Shown in pieces: positions 51,661 through 63,697 of a DNA stretch of 64,000 bases (positions within the stretch are counted from its first letter, which is position 1; each line of letters starts with the position of its first letter). Made by a program: the position numbers and the translations under genes. Below the pieces are notes generated by a model, which saw only the letters and a list, made by a program, of their open reading frames with translations, did not search any database and was not told where the DNA came from. Source of the stretch: Lama guanicoe (lineage: Eukaryota). The stretch lies in contig MU055008.1 in the NCBI GenBank assembly GCA_013239625.1, positions 5,393,401 to 5,457,400 of the forward strand. The letters are read 5' to 3'.

Positions 51661-53689
51661 AGAATTATCTTTATAGCAGCTCCTTGCATACCCCCCAGCC
51701 CACCCACACTCCTGGATACATTTTTCCCCAAGCTCAGATTTGGGTGTAGGAACTAAGAAGATTTTGTCTAATCTGTTCATTATATTGTTTTTACTAAAAT
51801 ATTAAAAATGTAGCCACATATATTACACGAATCATTTGTATTTTAGAAATAAGTCAAAGTAGCAAAAGTAGGATTTCCCAAGAAATCCAGGACACCAGAT
51901 GAACAGATGTCAGCACTAAACCAGTGCCATGACAAAATGTAGGCAGTCAAAGAAATTTATTCAGAAGGAATAAAGTGTATATGTCTTTTAATGAAAGCAG
52001 CTCCTTAGTTGATTTTGCATGATAGTGGGGGAAGAAAATGTTAACTTTCCTAACACCTTTTATTCAAGTAGTAATGAGAAAATACAGGGATATATCCTTT
52101 TCCCACCCATTTAAAAATCTAACCCATTTTCAAGGCCTTGTGAAGGAAAAATGTATTTTCTTGTCACTGGAGTTGCAGTCTTCTCTCCCAGGCTTCAACG
52201 TTTGGCCTCTGTAATGGCAGGAACCGTGTCTCAGGGTTTTGAAACCCCTAGTAGAGCACTGAGCCCCTAGTAATGGCTTAGTAAGTATTTTTGGTCGATT
52301 TGACTGTGAATTTTTAAAGGACCAGTCACGCCTTACTCCTCTCTGTATCTGCAGCAAGGAGTCAGGTACTTAGCTGCGTGCTTTATGCAACAAATATTTA
52401 TGGAGGGTCCTAAGTGTTCCAGGGTCCATGGCTTGGTCTGCCCTTAGTTCAGTGGAGGAAACCAATTAAAATGTGATAAATACTAAGAACTAGAGGTTCC
52501 CAGTGTTATGAGGATATGTTACGCGTAACTTGAACCAGTGGTGGAGTTCAAGAAGGCATTTAGCAGATCCTTAATTAATGGTGGTTGAATGATGAACAGA
52601 TGAATGGTCTTCTTGAGACTTGGGAGTCTATTCTTAACTCCAAACATCCCACACAAGAATCTGCTCAATGTAGACACTCGGAAAATATGTGTCTCATCTC
52701 CAGGTAGGCAACACCCTGCCCCAGAAGAGCCCACCTGTCCAAGGAATTTTCCTCTGTAACTGACTTGCTGCCTGGAATTTTCCCCTTAGTGATGCATTCC
52801 TTTGGGGCTGAGACTTTGATCTCCAGAACGTGCTGATTAAATACAAATTCTCTGGGAGGCCTTATATGTTAAACAGCTGCCATCATTAACACAGCAACAG
52901 GAAAAAGTTCATTAGGTAACGTTCCAGTTTTGTTAGAAGGGAGATGCAGAGGGCAGGACTGTCCCAGGGAGAAAGAAAAAGATCTGGATGTGATTCTGGT
53001 ATAGAAGAACAGAAAATAATGCAGATGAGGAAGCCGTAGGTGTGGGACATGACAGTGACGGGGAAGAATTCGATAGTTTTGCTCTGAGATGGGATTTGAA
53101 AGACCTGGATGGGAGATTTTCAAAAAAAAAAAAAAACCCATCAGATGTTCCCTGCTGACCACACCCTGGTGCCCGGAGAATGTGCTGTGTGAGGTCTGCT
53201 CTAAGGCGGCGCTCAGCCCAGCGACCCGCGCTGCAGAGCAGGGCAGACTCACACTCACCCGACCGTGTCCTGGCCCGAGCACGGCCCTGACTTCACGGAA
53301 ACGGGCTCCACACAGCTGATTAGCCAGGCATCTCACCAGATAAAGACGGTGGCAGGAGAGCTTATCAAAGAAAAGCAAAATAAGTATTTCCCTGGTGAAA
53401 TCCCTGTCTTTTCGAGGTTTTTAGGTAAGAAATGGGAATCTTTCAGCCGGCACTCCAAAGTAATAACGAGTTAAAAACACCAGGTTTGGCAGTGATGCAT
53501 AATGAATACTTACAGTGCAAAGAACTAAAGGTCCTGACACCAGACCATTATGCAAAAAAAAAAAGGAGTCTGTTTCCTCTCCAGCTAACCTTCAGCCTTA
53601 TCTAGTGTATCGGTTAACCGACCGTGGTTTCTGTGACCATTGAGACAGAATGTGTGGTGGGGGGAGGGGAAAGAGAAAAGCTTTTTTTA

Positions 53690-54170
53690 TGATTACATAA
53701 GTAATAAATGTGCGTTGTAGAAATTCTAGGAAGTCCAAAGACACAAAAAAGGAAAACATTGCAATCTTCTTGAATACTAATACGCATATTTTTTCTTTTC
53801 ACCAAAATGGAGTCACAGTAATAAACATTGCTTTGTAACCTGCTTTTTCCTCCTAACAGCAAGTTGTAAACATCTTTTCATGTTGTTAAATAGTTTTCAC
53901 CTCCTTCCTGTGAGGTGTGAGTGGTGTCCCAGTCTGCTGAATGGATTCAGCATATTTCTTGGATGGTCACTGATTGGATGGTTAGCTTGTTTCTAGTGTG
54001 TTATTTGCATAAAGAACATTGAGGGGATGTATTTGCATCTGAATCTTTGCCCAGAGCATGAGGATTTCCTTAGAATAAACTCCTGGGAGTGAAATGGTTG
54101 AGTCAGCATTCAGGGTTTTAGTTTATACTGGAAGTTTAAACTGTTGAGTTCACTGCATCACCCACTGCCA
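53690..54170 (-). mobile_element. L1ME-type 3' fragment
   Basis: TTTCCTTAGAATAAACTCCTGGGAGTGAAATGGTTGAGTCA and flanking degenerate L1 UTR sequence. Confidence 0.6.
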
Positions 54171-54379
54171 TGTGCTTCCGAAGTCCCTTACCTCGGTGGG
54201 TGAGCTCATAAGTTGGAGTGGAATCAGTAGTATTTCATGGTGTCCAGTTTAAAGTCTGGCGTATTTGTGAGAAATTTCAGATGATTAACTTAGGGTTCAA
54301 ACCTTTGAACCTGGGTCTTGTTGGTTTGTTGACTTTGGGTCTGGTTCGTTGGTTGGTTGTTGGTTGGCCGAGACACACA

Positions 54380-54762
54380 GTGAAACACCCCAGGTCCCTT
54401 CAGGAATAATGGATTTGTCCCCCAGCTGCCCTTGTCAGCTGTCCCTTTTGGGGATTACTTCAGCTGAGGAGAGCCACCTCCCTAAGCCCCCTCTTCTCAA
54501 GGTAGCCCCTATCCCAGAGCTGACTAGTGTGGTGGTAACAAGCCCCAGCCCTTCGGCTCCAACGAGGGTCATCCTGTCTTCAGAACTGCCCACAGGGTCA
54601 GTGAGGCTTCCATTGGGACCACCTGGTAGCTCCACTCTGCCTCTGCCGTCCCTCGCCTCCCCCTCCTCTCCTCATCTTCCCTAGGTGTGGATCCCAGAAC
54701 TCCCTAGTAAGCCCCCTGCACAAGAGCCTCTGTCTCAGAGCCTGGAAGCAGCCAATGACTGT
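54380..54762. mobile_element. LTR16-like (ERVL) LTR
   Basis: CCCCAGCTGC...CTTCAGCTG...GATCCCAGAACTCCCTAGTAAGCCCCCTGCAC...TCTCAGAG motifs. Confidence 0.6.
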
Positions 54763-56462
54763 TGAGTTTTCGGAGGGTTGGAGCAGATGCCGGGGCTCAG
54801 CAGACCCCAGCAGCCGATCATGTATGTGCTGCATAACTTCACCTCCGCAGTGGACAGTAGTGCCACCACCACCTCCCTCGGGATGGAAGAGCCAGGGCAG
54901 CTCAGACTCATTTCTTATAAGGATGATTTCCTAAAAGGAGGTTTTCTTAAAAAGATGAATTCACGCTCCCATCTTCCTAGACTTATTTCAACCTAAGAAG
55001 GAAGATCAAGCTGTCCCCTAGCATTTTACAAGAGCAGTTTAAAGTGCTGTCCATTTAAAAAAAAACTATCTTAAAAGCTTCCCCCTGAGAAGACCGGGAT
55101 CTCAGTCTATTTTCAGATCGTCTTTCTAACCATGTCGTCAAACGTGCATCGTGGCAAAACCCTTCTGCGTCCATTCCTCGGAAGCCAGTTCTGTAGAAAT
55201 CTGTGTCTTAAGGTTCCAATTCTCAGCCCAGCCATGCGCCTCCCTGGTGTGGCCCAGTCACATCTCACGATTGCTAAAGAAACCAGCTGTGGTTTGTAAA
55301 CGTTTGAGCGGAATCTGGGTCATCCCTATAATAACGTCCCCACCATTCACTTGCATAAGAGTGTAATTTCAGGAGTGGAGAGCACATTCTGCAAAATGCC
55401 CACGGAGTCACCCACAGAAATGTGTTGGGCCAAAAAAAAAAAATAAAGAATTGCTGTGTAAGGAGCAAGGCACACTCTCTCTAAAGGTACCGTTTGGAGG
55501 AGATGATCTGACCCAGAACATTCTGAGCCTCAGGGATACGGATGGGTGAGCTGCTTTGTGTGTATCCCTGCCTCTCAGTGTCTGGCTCATAGCAGGGAAC
55601 TAGTCTATTTTTGATGACTTACTAAATTAAGCCAGAGACCAAAACCTCAGATGCCTTTGGGGTCGGGAGTGATGGGGTATTTGAAGAACATGGACTTAGC
55701 CACATGGGCCTCCAGGCCCAAATGGCCACATCTTCCTTTTTTTCTTTAAATCCCAAAGAAGCTAGAAATTCTATTTCTATGTGAACCCCCAACTTTTAAA
55801 TATTGGCAACTAATTTTTTTTTAATCTTGGGAGCACTGCCAGTTCACAACCAGTAAACTAACCTGCCATTCTAGACCTGATTGATGGAAAGAAGGCAGCT
55901 CTTCCTTCTCAGATGCTCTGCTACTAAGATGCACCTGCAAGTTTTAAGTCACTTGACATGAACGCCCCAATTTTCCTAATGAACAAAATCGGCATGATTG
56001 TTCTTGTCTTTCATGGTGACTGTTAATATTCAAGTTCTGGTGGTATCTTCTTTGTTCTGTTTAGTTTATTGCTCGTTAAACCTGTTCTGAATCACTGTCT
56101 TACCCACATGGAGGCGACAGGTTATACTTTCTCCCATGACTTGTTATCAGACTTTTAAACAATCCACGAAGAAGGCATTATAGGTGTGAAAAGACAGCAA
56201 ATGCTGTGGTCCAGTCGGTAACTTCTCTACTGCAGACGTGGAAATCAGGCCCGTGGGTAGTGACGGAAAGAGTAGGTAAGAACACATAACACACTCTTCT
56301 CTTCTCCTGCATTTGGCAAAAGATGATTTCTGAGCTGAGATCCCGAGATTTAAAACTGGGTGTGAATACAAACTCAGTGTAGCTAAGTTACTGAAACCTG
56401 TGTTTTGTATCTGGTGTTAAAGATTTACAGTTTCGATTTGGCCTCATTCTTTTCCCCGTCCT

Positions 56463-56621
56463 CTTTTTTTTTTTTTAAGCTTTTTGTGGGGGGGATTAGA
56501 TTTATTTATTTACCTGTTTGTTTTTTAATTTCTTTTTAATGGAGGCACTGGGGATTGAATCCAGGTCCTCGCGCATGCTAAGCACATGCTAACCACTGAG
56601 CTATAACCAACCCCCTCTCCC
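56463..56621 (-). mobile_element. Vic-1-type SINE
   Basis: AATGGAGGCACTGGGGATTGAATCCAGG...CCACTGAGCTATA, with poly-T tail. Confidence 0.85.
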
Positions 56622-57947
56622 CTTTCTCTTATTGGATCTTCAACTCTGGTTCAGCCAGTCACGCACTGGAGAGCCATGGGGTGTTTGTGTGTCCTTGGCA
56701 CTGTGTCAGGTTCCTCGGGAGAACCTACCAGAATGAGACCCGGCCTCTGCCCCCTGGCAGCACACACGCCAACCAGGATTTCGTAGGGTCAGTTCTTGGG
56801 AGATGAGCATGGAATATGGAACCAAAAGAACATAGCTTTTTGGCAGCATTAGCACTATAGTGTCAAACTCATCCTTTGAATGAAGGGGATTTACTTGGTG
56901 GGAATGAATCAGTCTAGGACTGTGAAATCTGTTTTGAGCTGGAGTGGAAGGTAACCAGGTTCTTGTGACCAGTGACCACAGAGCATCCTGTCACTGGCCC
57001 ACTCCTGCGTGACTGATCTTGCCCAGGTTTTTGTCACTGCAGGACTGTGCTCCGGCTTGAGAACAGCTTTGGAGCACAGATGAAAATCAGTAATTAAAGT
57101 GAGGTCTGGAAAGGAATTGACTAAAGAGAGCAAATAAGGAATGATTAATTAGGGTGGCTTTGGCCCCAGTCGTCTCTAAATAAATGTTACCTCCCTTAAT
57201 CCGGGGCTGCTGGTCTCCAAGTCATTAAGTATAGTTTTGATTTGCCTATGGCTATTTCTCCATCTTAAGCATTGCAAGTGGTGAGTTTCCAAGAAGTTAC
57301 AGAGGGGTGGTTAACCTTCATGTACTAAGGAAAGATTGAGGTAATAAGGAAAAAAGAGTTAATGGGGTTTCAAGTGCACATGGAATTTAACAAACAAGAT
57401 GAAATCTTGTATGAACTGTGACCTCTCTTGTAAGGGATAAATCTGAACACAGTCTTCCTCTCTACTCTCCCCCTAATCAGTTGGTTATTTTATTTTATTT
57501 TACTTTCTGTCTTTTCTTTCTTTTTTTTTTTTGGAGAGGGGGGAGGGTGATTGCATTTTTTCCTTGTTTCCACTGTTAGCTTTAACTGAGCATGATTGCC
57601 AATCCGCTAAAATATGTGTTTCGCATTTTCACCGTTGCATCCAATATTTTTGGCACTGGCATTAATAAGCCACATTTTAAAAATTTTATTTAAATAATAG
57701 GAAGTTCTGTGTTATCACAGAAATACACATTATGTGTGTACTATCTTGTACTAATCTGTGCCATGTATCAAACAACATTTCAGGCTTTTCCATTTTTTTC
57801 CAAAGCATCAGATATGACCCAGGCTGAAGTATAGTATTAATATCATCTCTTCTGTGTTATCCTACAGATTCAGAAGATTAATGGTTATTAAACAAAAAGG
57901 TGATTTTCATTAAAGATGGTTTTCTCAGTTTAGATTTAGAATTCACA

Positions 57948-58079
57948 GAGGGGAGGGTCCGGCTCAGTGGTACAGGGCCTGCTTAGCATGCACGAGGTCC
58001 AGAGTTCAGTCCCTAGGGCCTCCATTAAAATACATAAATAAATAAATAAATAACCTAATCGCCTCCCCCGCAAAATAAA
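57948..58079 (+). mobile_element. Vic-1-type SINE (sense to RCAN1)
   Basis: GGGGAGGG..GCTCAGTGGTA (A box)..GAGTTCAGTCCC (B box-like)..CCTCCATTAAAA, then AAATAAAT repeats. Confidence 0.88.
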
Positions 58080-58619
58080 TTCCTGAGCCCAAATCTGGCT
58101 CTCCTGATTACCCCTAAGAGTGAACCAAAATGGGAATGCCTTTAGAGAGCAAGAAGAAGATTTTCCTGTTCTCTTATTTACACGTGATCATCAGGAAGAA
58201 ACAGAAGTCCAGGAGCTTAATCACACTACTGCTTGGACAATAGGCCTTTCTTTTGTCTACGAACCTCTTGGATAAACGATTTTTGAGCACATCTGCTGGC
58301 AAAAGCATTTTGTTTGTAAATTCTATACTAATTCTACTCCACATGACGCACTTTATAAAACACACCCTAAAAATAGGCATTTTAAAAAGGCGAGGCGAGC
58401 ATATGTTCAACTGAGCATATGTTCAACTGAACACATTCTGCCCAAATGACAAAGAATGGTCAAGACCCTCGTCATAGACCCCTAAGGAGACTTACAAGGC
58501 CTCTGGGAGTGTCCGTGGGATGGGACCTCAGAGTCTGGAGCTGATGGTGCAGTCCTGTGCCCGGACACCCTGTGAGCCCCCGTGCAGCAAGGACAGAGGA
58601 AGTGCACCCCAGAAGGTGG

Positions 58620-59262
58620 CCAGCACCCACTGAGCAGCACTGGAGTGGTTCTGTTGCATGGGCATCAGTTCATGCTCCTTCTCTGCTCAAAACCCTCTGA
58701 TAGTCGGCACGGAGGCCAGAGTCCTTGCAGTGGCTAAAGATCTCACGTGGCCTCGCTCCCAACCTCTTTCTCCATGTCCCTCCTCTGCAGCCAACCTAAG
58801 CCTCCTGGGCTGGAATGTGCCAGGTGCCTTTGTGCCTTCTGTTCCTGGACCTGGAATGCTGTTCCCAGCATCTCACAGTTCTCTCCCTACTTCCTTCAAA
58901 TCTTGATGCACCCACATGTCATCTTCTCAGGATGCCTTTCCTGGCTAGTCAGACTTTTAGCATCTCCTTTTCCCAACTTTTCCTTTCCCTCCTTTCTGCC
59001 TTATTCCCAGCACTATCACTATCTAAACACGCTATATATTTTACCCACCTAGCTTGTTTCTTTTCGTTTTCTTTTTCCCTATCTAGAATGTAAGCTCCAT
59101 AAAGGCAGAGAGTTTTTGTCTGTCTTCACCTTTCACCTCTAACACCTGGAACTGTGCTTGGGTGAAAGAACAAATGGATGCTTGGATGCATGGATGGACA
59201 GATGGATGAATGGATGCATGGATGGATAGATGGATGCATGCATGGATGGATGAATGGATGAA
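58620..59262 (+). mobile_element. L2 3' end followed by a (GGAT)n-like tract (59175-59262)
   Basis: CTAGAATGTAAGCTCCATAAAGGCAGAGA L2 3' motif and degenerate GGAT/GCAT repeats. Confidence 0.75.
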
Positions 59263-62200
59263 TACCAAGTGAAAGGAAAATCTTCACCTTTAACCTAAGG
59301 AGCATGAGAAGCCACCAGTTTTTATAGCAGAAGAGAAATGTGATTGAGCTTGGCTTTGGGAAGTTTTATGTTGTGGGAATTACACACTGTTTTGGAAATA
59401 AGAAATTGGCCATGGTGAGGTCAGTTAGAAAGGTATTGTAGTTGCAGAAGGCTGCTTGAAGCAGTGTGCAGTAATGCAGAGTGAGGGTGGTACACGGACC
59501 CTCCAGGCCTCTCCATGGACCAGCAGGGCACATAGAAGAGGAAGACACCCAAGACTGCAGAGGGACTGAGAGGATGCAGATGGGGAAATACCAAAGGGCA
59601 CTGCTGCGAGGTGGGTATAATTCCATGGAACAAGAATACAATCTGCAACCAAAGCACCTGGGTGAGTCCCAGCTCTCCTCTAGACTGCGTGCCCCTCTGA
59701 ACCTCAGTATCGTTATCTATGAGCTGGGAATTAAAAACGCAACTAATACGCGTCAACCCCTGATTGTGTTCCAGGCCCGATACTGGGCATGCTGCCTGCA
59801 TCAGATTGTTCCGTCCTCACCACAACTCTGGATTTGATGCTAACTCCATTTACAAGTTGAGGAAAGAGCAGTCCCCTGAGTTAATAGCACCTTTTAGACT
59901 GGGAAGTGATAAAGACGTGAGAGAGGCCCCTGTGTGTTTCTTTTGTACAGTAAGTTAGGTTAGGGGGACAATGCTAGAGGGAAGGGCTACGAATATTAAG
60001 TAACAGTAAAGCTACTCCCTTATCTCAGAAGCTAAAGCTCCCCTAAAACACAAGTTTCATCGGCATGCAAGATAAACACCCTGGGACCTTTGATCTCAAT
60101 CAGGTGTGTCCTGTTCCCTCCCAGGAGATCCTTTGCAAATGTCCTCGTTCTTTACTCTGCTTTCATTTTCAGAGCAGAGTCAAAACTCAGTTTCTCTCCC
60201 TGCTCATTCTTTGGAAGGTTCCACGGTGGCACATTCTTGGCGGCACTGTAAACTGCTTGGGGTTTATAATGGGCGTGCTGAGGTCATGTTCACTATGCTT
60301 TAGGAGTGCTGTAATGGGAATGATGGATTTCAACATAAACCTCAGTTTTTCCTCACTGAAAATAGAAACTTCTTAATGAAAATGTTCCAACTGCTTGAAG
60401 CCAGAGGAGGCAACTGCAGGTTAAAAGATTCACTTAAGATTTTTATGGAGTGGATGGAAGAAATGCAAAACATCTAAAGCTTTCAGTGGACTAAAACGTT
60501 TCATCTCTTCTTTAACTTCTGGTTTCAGTTGTACGATTTTAAAAAGTGCAGTTTTTCAGTGTGCTTTTCAAGAGCTCTAATGAGACGTTGCTGTGGGTGC
60601 TGCTTGCTACAAATCATCTACATCAGACAAGCAAACAAGAAATCAAGAGGGGTCTGCAAATAGGAAAGTCAACTTTTAAATTCTTGCTTTGGAATAATTT
60701 TTATTCTCAGTGGGGAAAATTGCTATTTACAAAGTAAATTCTTTTCCATAGGACGTTTAGAAATCCAAATTCGTGCATAATAGACGTACAGTCGAAGAGT
60801 GGACCTCCCTAATAAGAACTGTCAGATCAGCAGATGCAGGGAAGTACCTCTGGGTTCAGGGACAGGAGTCTGTCCCCTTGGGCAGCCGGGGTGTTGGGGC
60901 ACCACGAATGGGCCATGCTATTCAGGGTGACCCACTGTGAAAGCTCGGATCTGCTCCGCACTGCGCATGTCCTGGACGAGGAAGCCAGTGTTGGCGGACC
61001 CGAGGCGCCTTCCCCTCTGGGCCAGGGCTCAGGTACACTTCGTGGCCCAGTGAGTTTTGCCAGCATCCAATCCAGCCTCCCTACAGCCAGCCACCATTTT
61101 GAACCCCTTTTCCTGATCTAGAAATAGAAGCACTCAAGGTCACTAAATATGATTCAGATGGAGCTGACTGCCAATTCAAAGGCAGGTACAGAATTAACAT
61201 ATTTGAGGAGGCTTCCTCGACAGCCCAATGAAAGAGCTATCATTTCTTATTTATTTCTGTAAGCAAAGATAGTTGAACCATCTTCAAATACCTCACTATT
61301 CCTTTTTTTTTTTATTCATTTGTATAATGAAACGACGATTGTAAATTTGGGTGAGCTCAGCCCTGTTGTCTCAGATGAACAGAAACGTTCCAGATCTGCC
61401 CACACAACTGAGCTGGAGCTTCGTGGCATGAGTTTTAACAGAAGGAGGAGAAGGAGAGGAGGAGGAGGAGGAGAAGAAATTAGCCTCTTTTTCCTCCTCT
61501 GATCACCTTTTAACTCTGTTTAGCGAGGCAGACTCCAGGAGAGAGAGAAGAGGAGGGACGAGGGTTGAAGCAGAGGGAGGGAGTGTACTTTAGAGAAGTT
61601 CCGGACCACCCTGGAGGAGAGGAAAGCAGTTCTCCTCCGTTTTCTGCTTCCCCGTCCCTTTCCCCCTGATCCTCCCTCCACCAGCCCCTCCCATACCCAC
61701 AGGGCCACCACACCACCACCAAAGTCTGCCAGGACCCCCAGGACACGCTGTAGTCTCTGCACTGAAAACACAGCACATCTGAGCACGTAGTCCCCATCAC
61801 CGAGCCTCATCCAACGTGACCAGTTCCTCTCGGTGCTTGATGCATACCATACTCTTCACAGGGTTCCGAACTTTTTTAGAACATACGCATTTAGATCTCT
61901 TGGGTTGGGAGTTACAGGTAATTTGGCAAAGCAAACACCATAACTGGTCTCTTACATAACCTTACAGTTGGCAGCAGGGCACCGTGCAAGGAGATTAAGC
62001 AATGCTCACTCATCCAAGAGGACTCTGCATTTCCTTTTATGGAGAGATAAATGCTCTGCTTTGCTTTTTCCTCATTGCATGTACTCCTTTTATTATTGGC
62101 TGACTTTAGTGATTCTTTGAAGTTAATTTTTAAATGTGAATGGCAGGATTCCACGTAACTTTTGGAAGCTTAAGAGGCGTCCCTGTGTGCCCCTAGACTA

Positions 62201-62466
62201 GAGAGCATTTTTATAAATAATGTGACTGCGTTTAGGTGAAAATGGGGAATTGGGGAGAGTGAGGAGGATCCAGAACCCAGACTGCCACAGGGACCTAAAC
62301 TGGCAAAGTACTTGGAGGTTCAGGGTTGCAGCCTTTTGAAGGAACTGTCATCCTGCCATCCCACTGTGCTTCTCCAAGACCAGACATGTCACCAGAAAAA
62401 AAGGCCAGCTGAACTAACTTTTCAGTTGTAGTGTACATGCTTTCCATTTATTCTTCCTTTCCTATT

Positions 62467-62633
62467 TTTTAAAAGGAACTGAGACAATCCCTTTATTTGT
62501 TTATTTTTGTTGGTTTTGGGGGAGGGGTGGCGGTAATTAGGTTTATTTATTTATTTGGAGTCACTGGGGATTAAAATCAGGACCTCATGCATGCTGAATG
62601 TGCACTTTACCACCCTGGTACAGCCTCCCCCCT
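62467..62633 (-). mobile_element. Vic-1-type SINE about 0.9-1.0 kb upstream of the RCAN1.4 TATA box
   Basis: SINE body plus 13-bp TSD TTCCTTTCCTATT (62454-62466, 62634-62646). Confidence 0.85.
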
Positions 62634-62799
62634 TTCCTTTCCTATTAAAAGACAAAAAACTTTCAGTCTGTAGATCTCCAAGCAACACACCCTCTTAATG
62701 CTTCTTTTCTCAATTTCAGAGTCTAGATTCCCTAAAATGTTTAGTATCTTTTTCTGAATTCAGGAGCCGTTAGAAAATGATCAAGGTGTTGCGTATTCC

Positions 62800-63610
62800 T
62801 AGTTCTCAAATTACAATAATAAAGTTTTCCAACGAAAACCCTAAAATCTTTTCCCACATTCTGACTGTGGACTACAAGTGGGAATTAGTACGTTCATCCA
62901 ATAAAGTTCAATCAGGAAAAAAAGGGGGAGGGCCTATTTCAAAATGAATTCCAGTTTTTTCTTTAAAAACAGAGTTTATAGACCATGACAGATTTCAAAA
63001 TGTTTTTTCTAATACCCCAATATGTGAAATTTTGACTGAAGTTTTCCAGAAATGACAGGGATCAAACAACTCGCCAAGACTTCAGTTTCCAGGTTTCTCC
63101 CAGCCTCGAAACTCCCCTGGAGGCTAATTACTATTTACTGCTGTCGACCTTCCTCCTTTTCTTCTGTAACATTTTCCATCTTAAGAAGGGTCGTCCCATT
63201 CAGCCGAGGAGCCTGGTGGCTGAGTGGCTGAATGGAATTACTACCAGTGGAAACTATGCTGCAAGACAGGGGAGATAAAGCAGCTGCAGGACAAGCCTGG
63301 CTGTTTTTTCCATCCTCCCCAAGCAAAGTTAATTAGCATAGGGAAAATGACTAAGGTGTTGACGTCACCTCTTTCCAGTAGAAACTTACACTCTGTCCCT
63401 GTCTGCCGGAGAGCAAGCAGGACTTGACTCAGGAATTTGGTGTCCAAACAGGATGCTCTGGAAGCTGCGCTTTTTTTTTTCCCCCAGGGGGCTGGACCTC
63501 GGAGCTTTATAAGCGCTGGCTCGAGAAAGAACCCACAGCCTCTGGTAAAGGAACCTCACTTGGGGCTTGACTGAGTTCAGTCTCTAGTGCTTTCACTGTA
63601 AGAAGGCAAG
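62800..63610 (+). promoter_or_regulatory. RCAN1: RCAN1.4 calcineurin/NFAT-responsive promoter and 5' UTR
   Basis: TATA TTTATAAG 63506-63513; perfect CRE TGACGTCA 63360-63367; NFAT:AP-1 composite GGAAAA-TGACTAA 63342-63354; AP-1 TGACTCA 63425-63431; GATA AGATAA 63273-63278; further (A/T)GGAAA sites on either strand at 62826, 62914, 63043, 63086, 63173, 63248, 63307 and 63372. Matches the known architecture upstream of RCAN1 exon 4. Confidence 0.92.
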
Positions 63611-63697
63611 ATGCACTTTAGAAACTTTAACTACAGTTTTAGTTCCCTGATTGCCTGTGTGGCAAACAGTGATATCTTCAGCGAAAGTGAAACCAGG
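63611..63697 (+). CDS. RCAN1: RCAN1 (regulator of calcineurin 1) alternative first coding exon 4 (isoform RCAN1.4), 29 codons; the gene continues beyond the window
   Basis: ATG at 63611 translates to MHFRNFNYSFSSLIACVANSDIFSESETR, the RCAN1.4 N-terminus as I recall it, followed by a canonical phase-0 donor AGG|GTAAGG (GT at 63698). Confidence 0.97.

Larger units (their letters stand above)
1..62799 (+). other. RCAN1: Intronic sequence of RCAN1 isoform 1 (between exon 1, upstream of the window, and exon 4)
   Basis: Inferred from the position of exon 4 and the known long first intron of RCAN1. No CpG-island exon 1 and no other host-gene exon is recognisable in the window. Confidence 0.75.

Noticed and set aside
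57948-58030. tRNA-like A/B boxes
   Set aside because: Head of a tRNA-derived SINE, not a tRNA gene; no cloverleaf, and a SINE tail follows.
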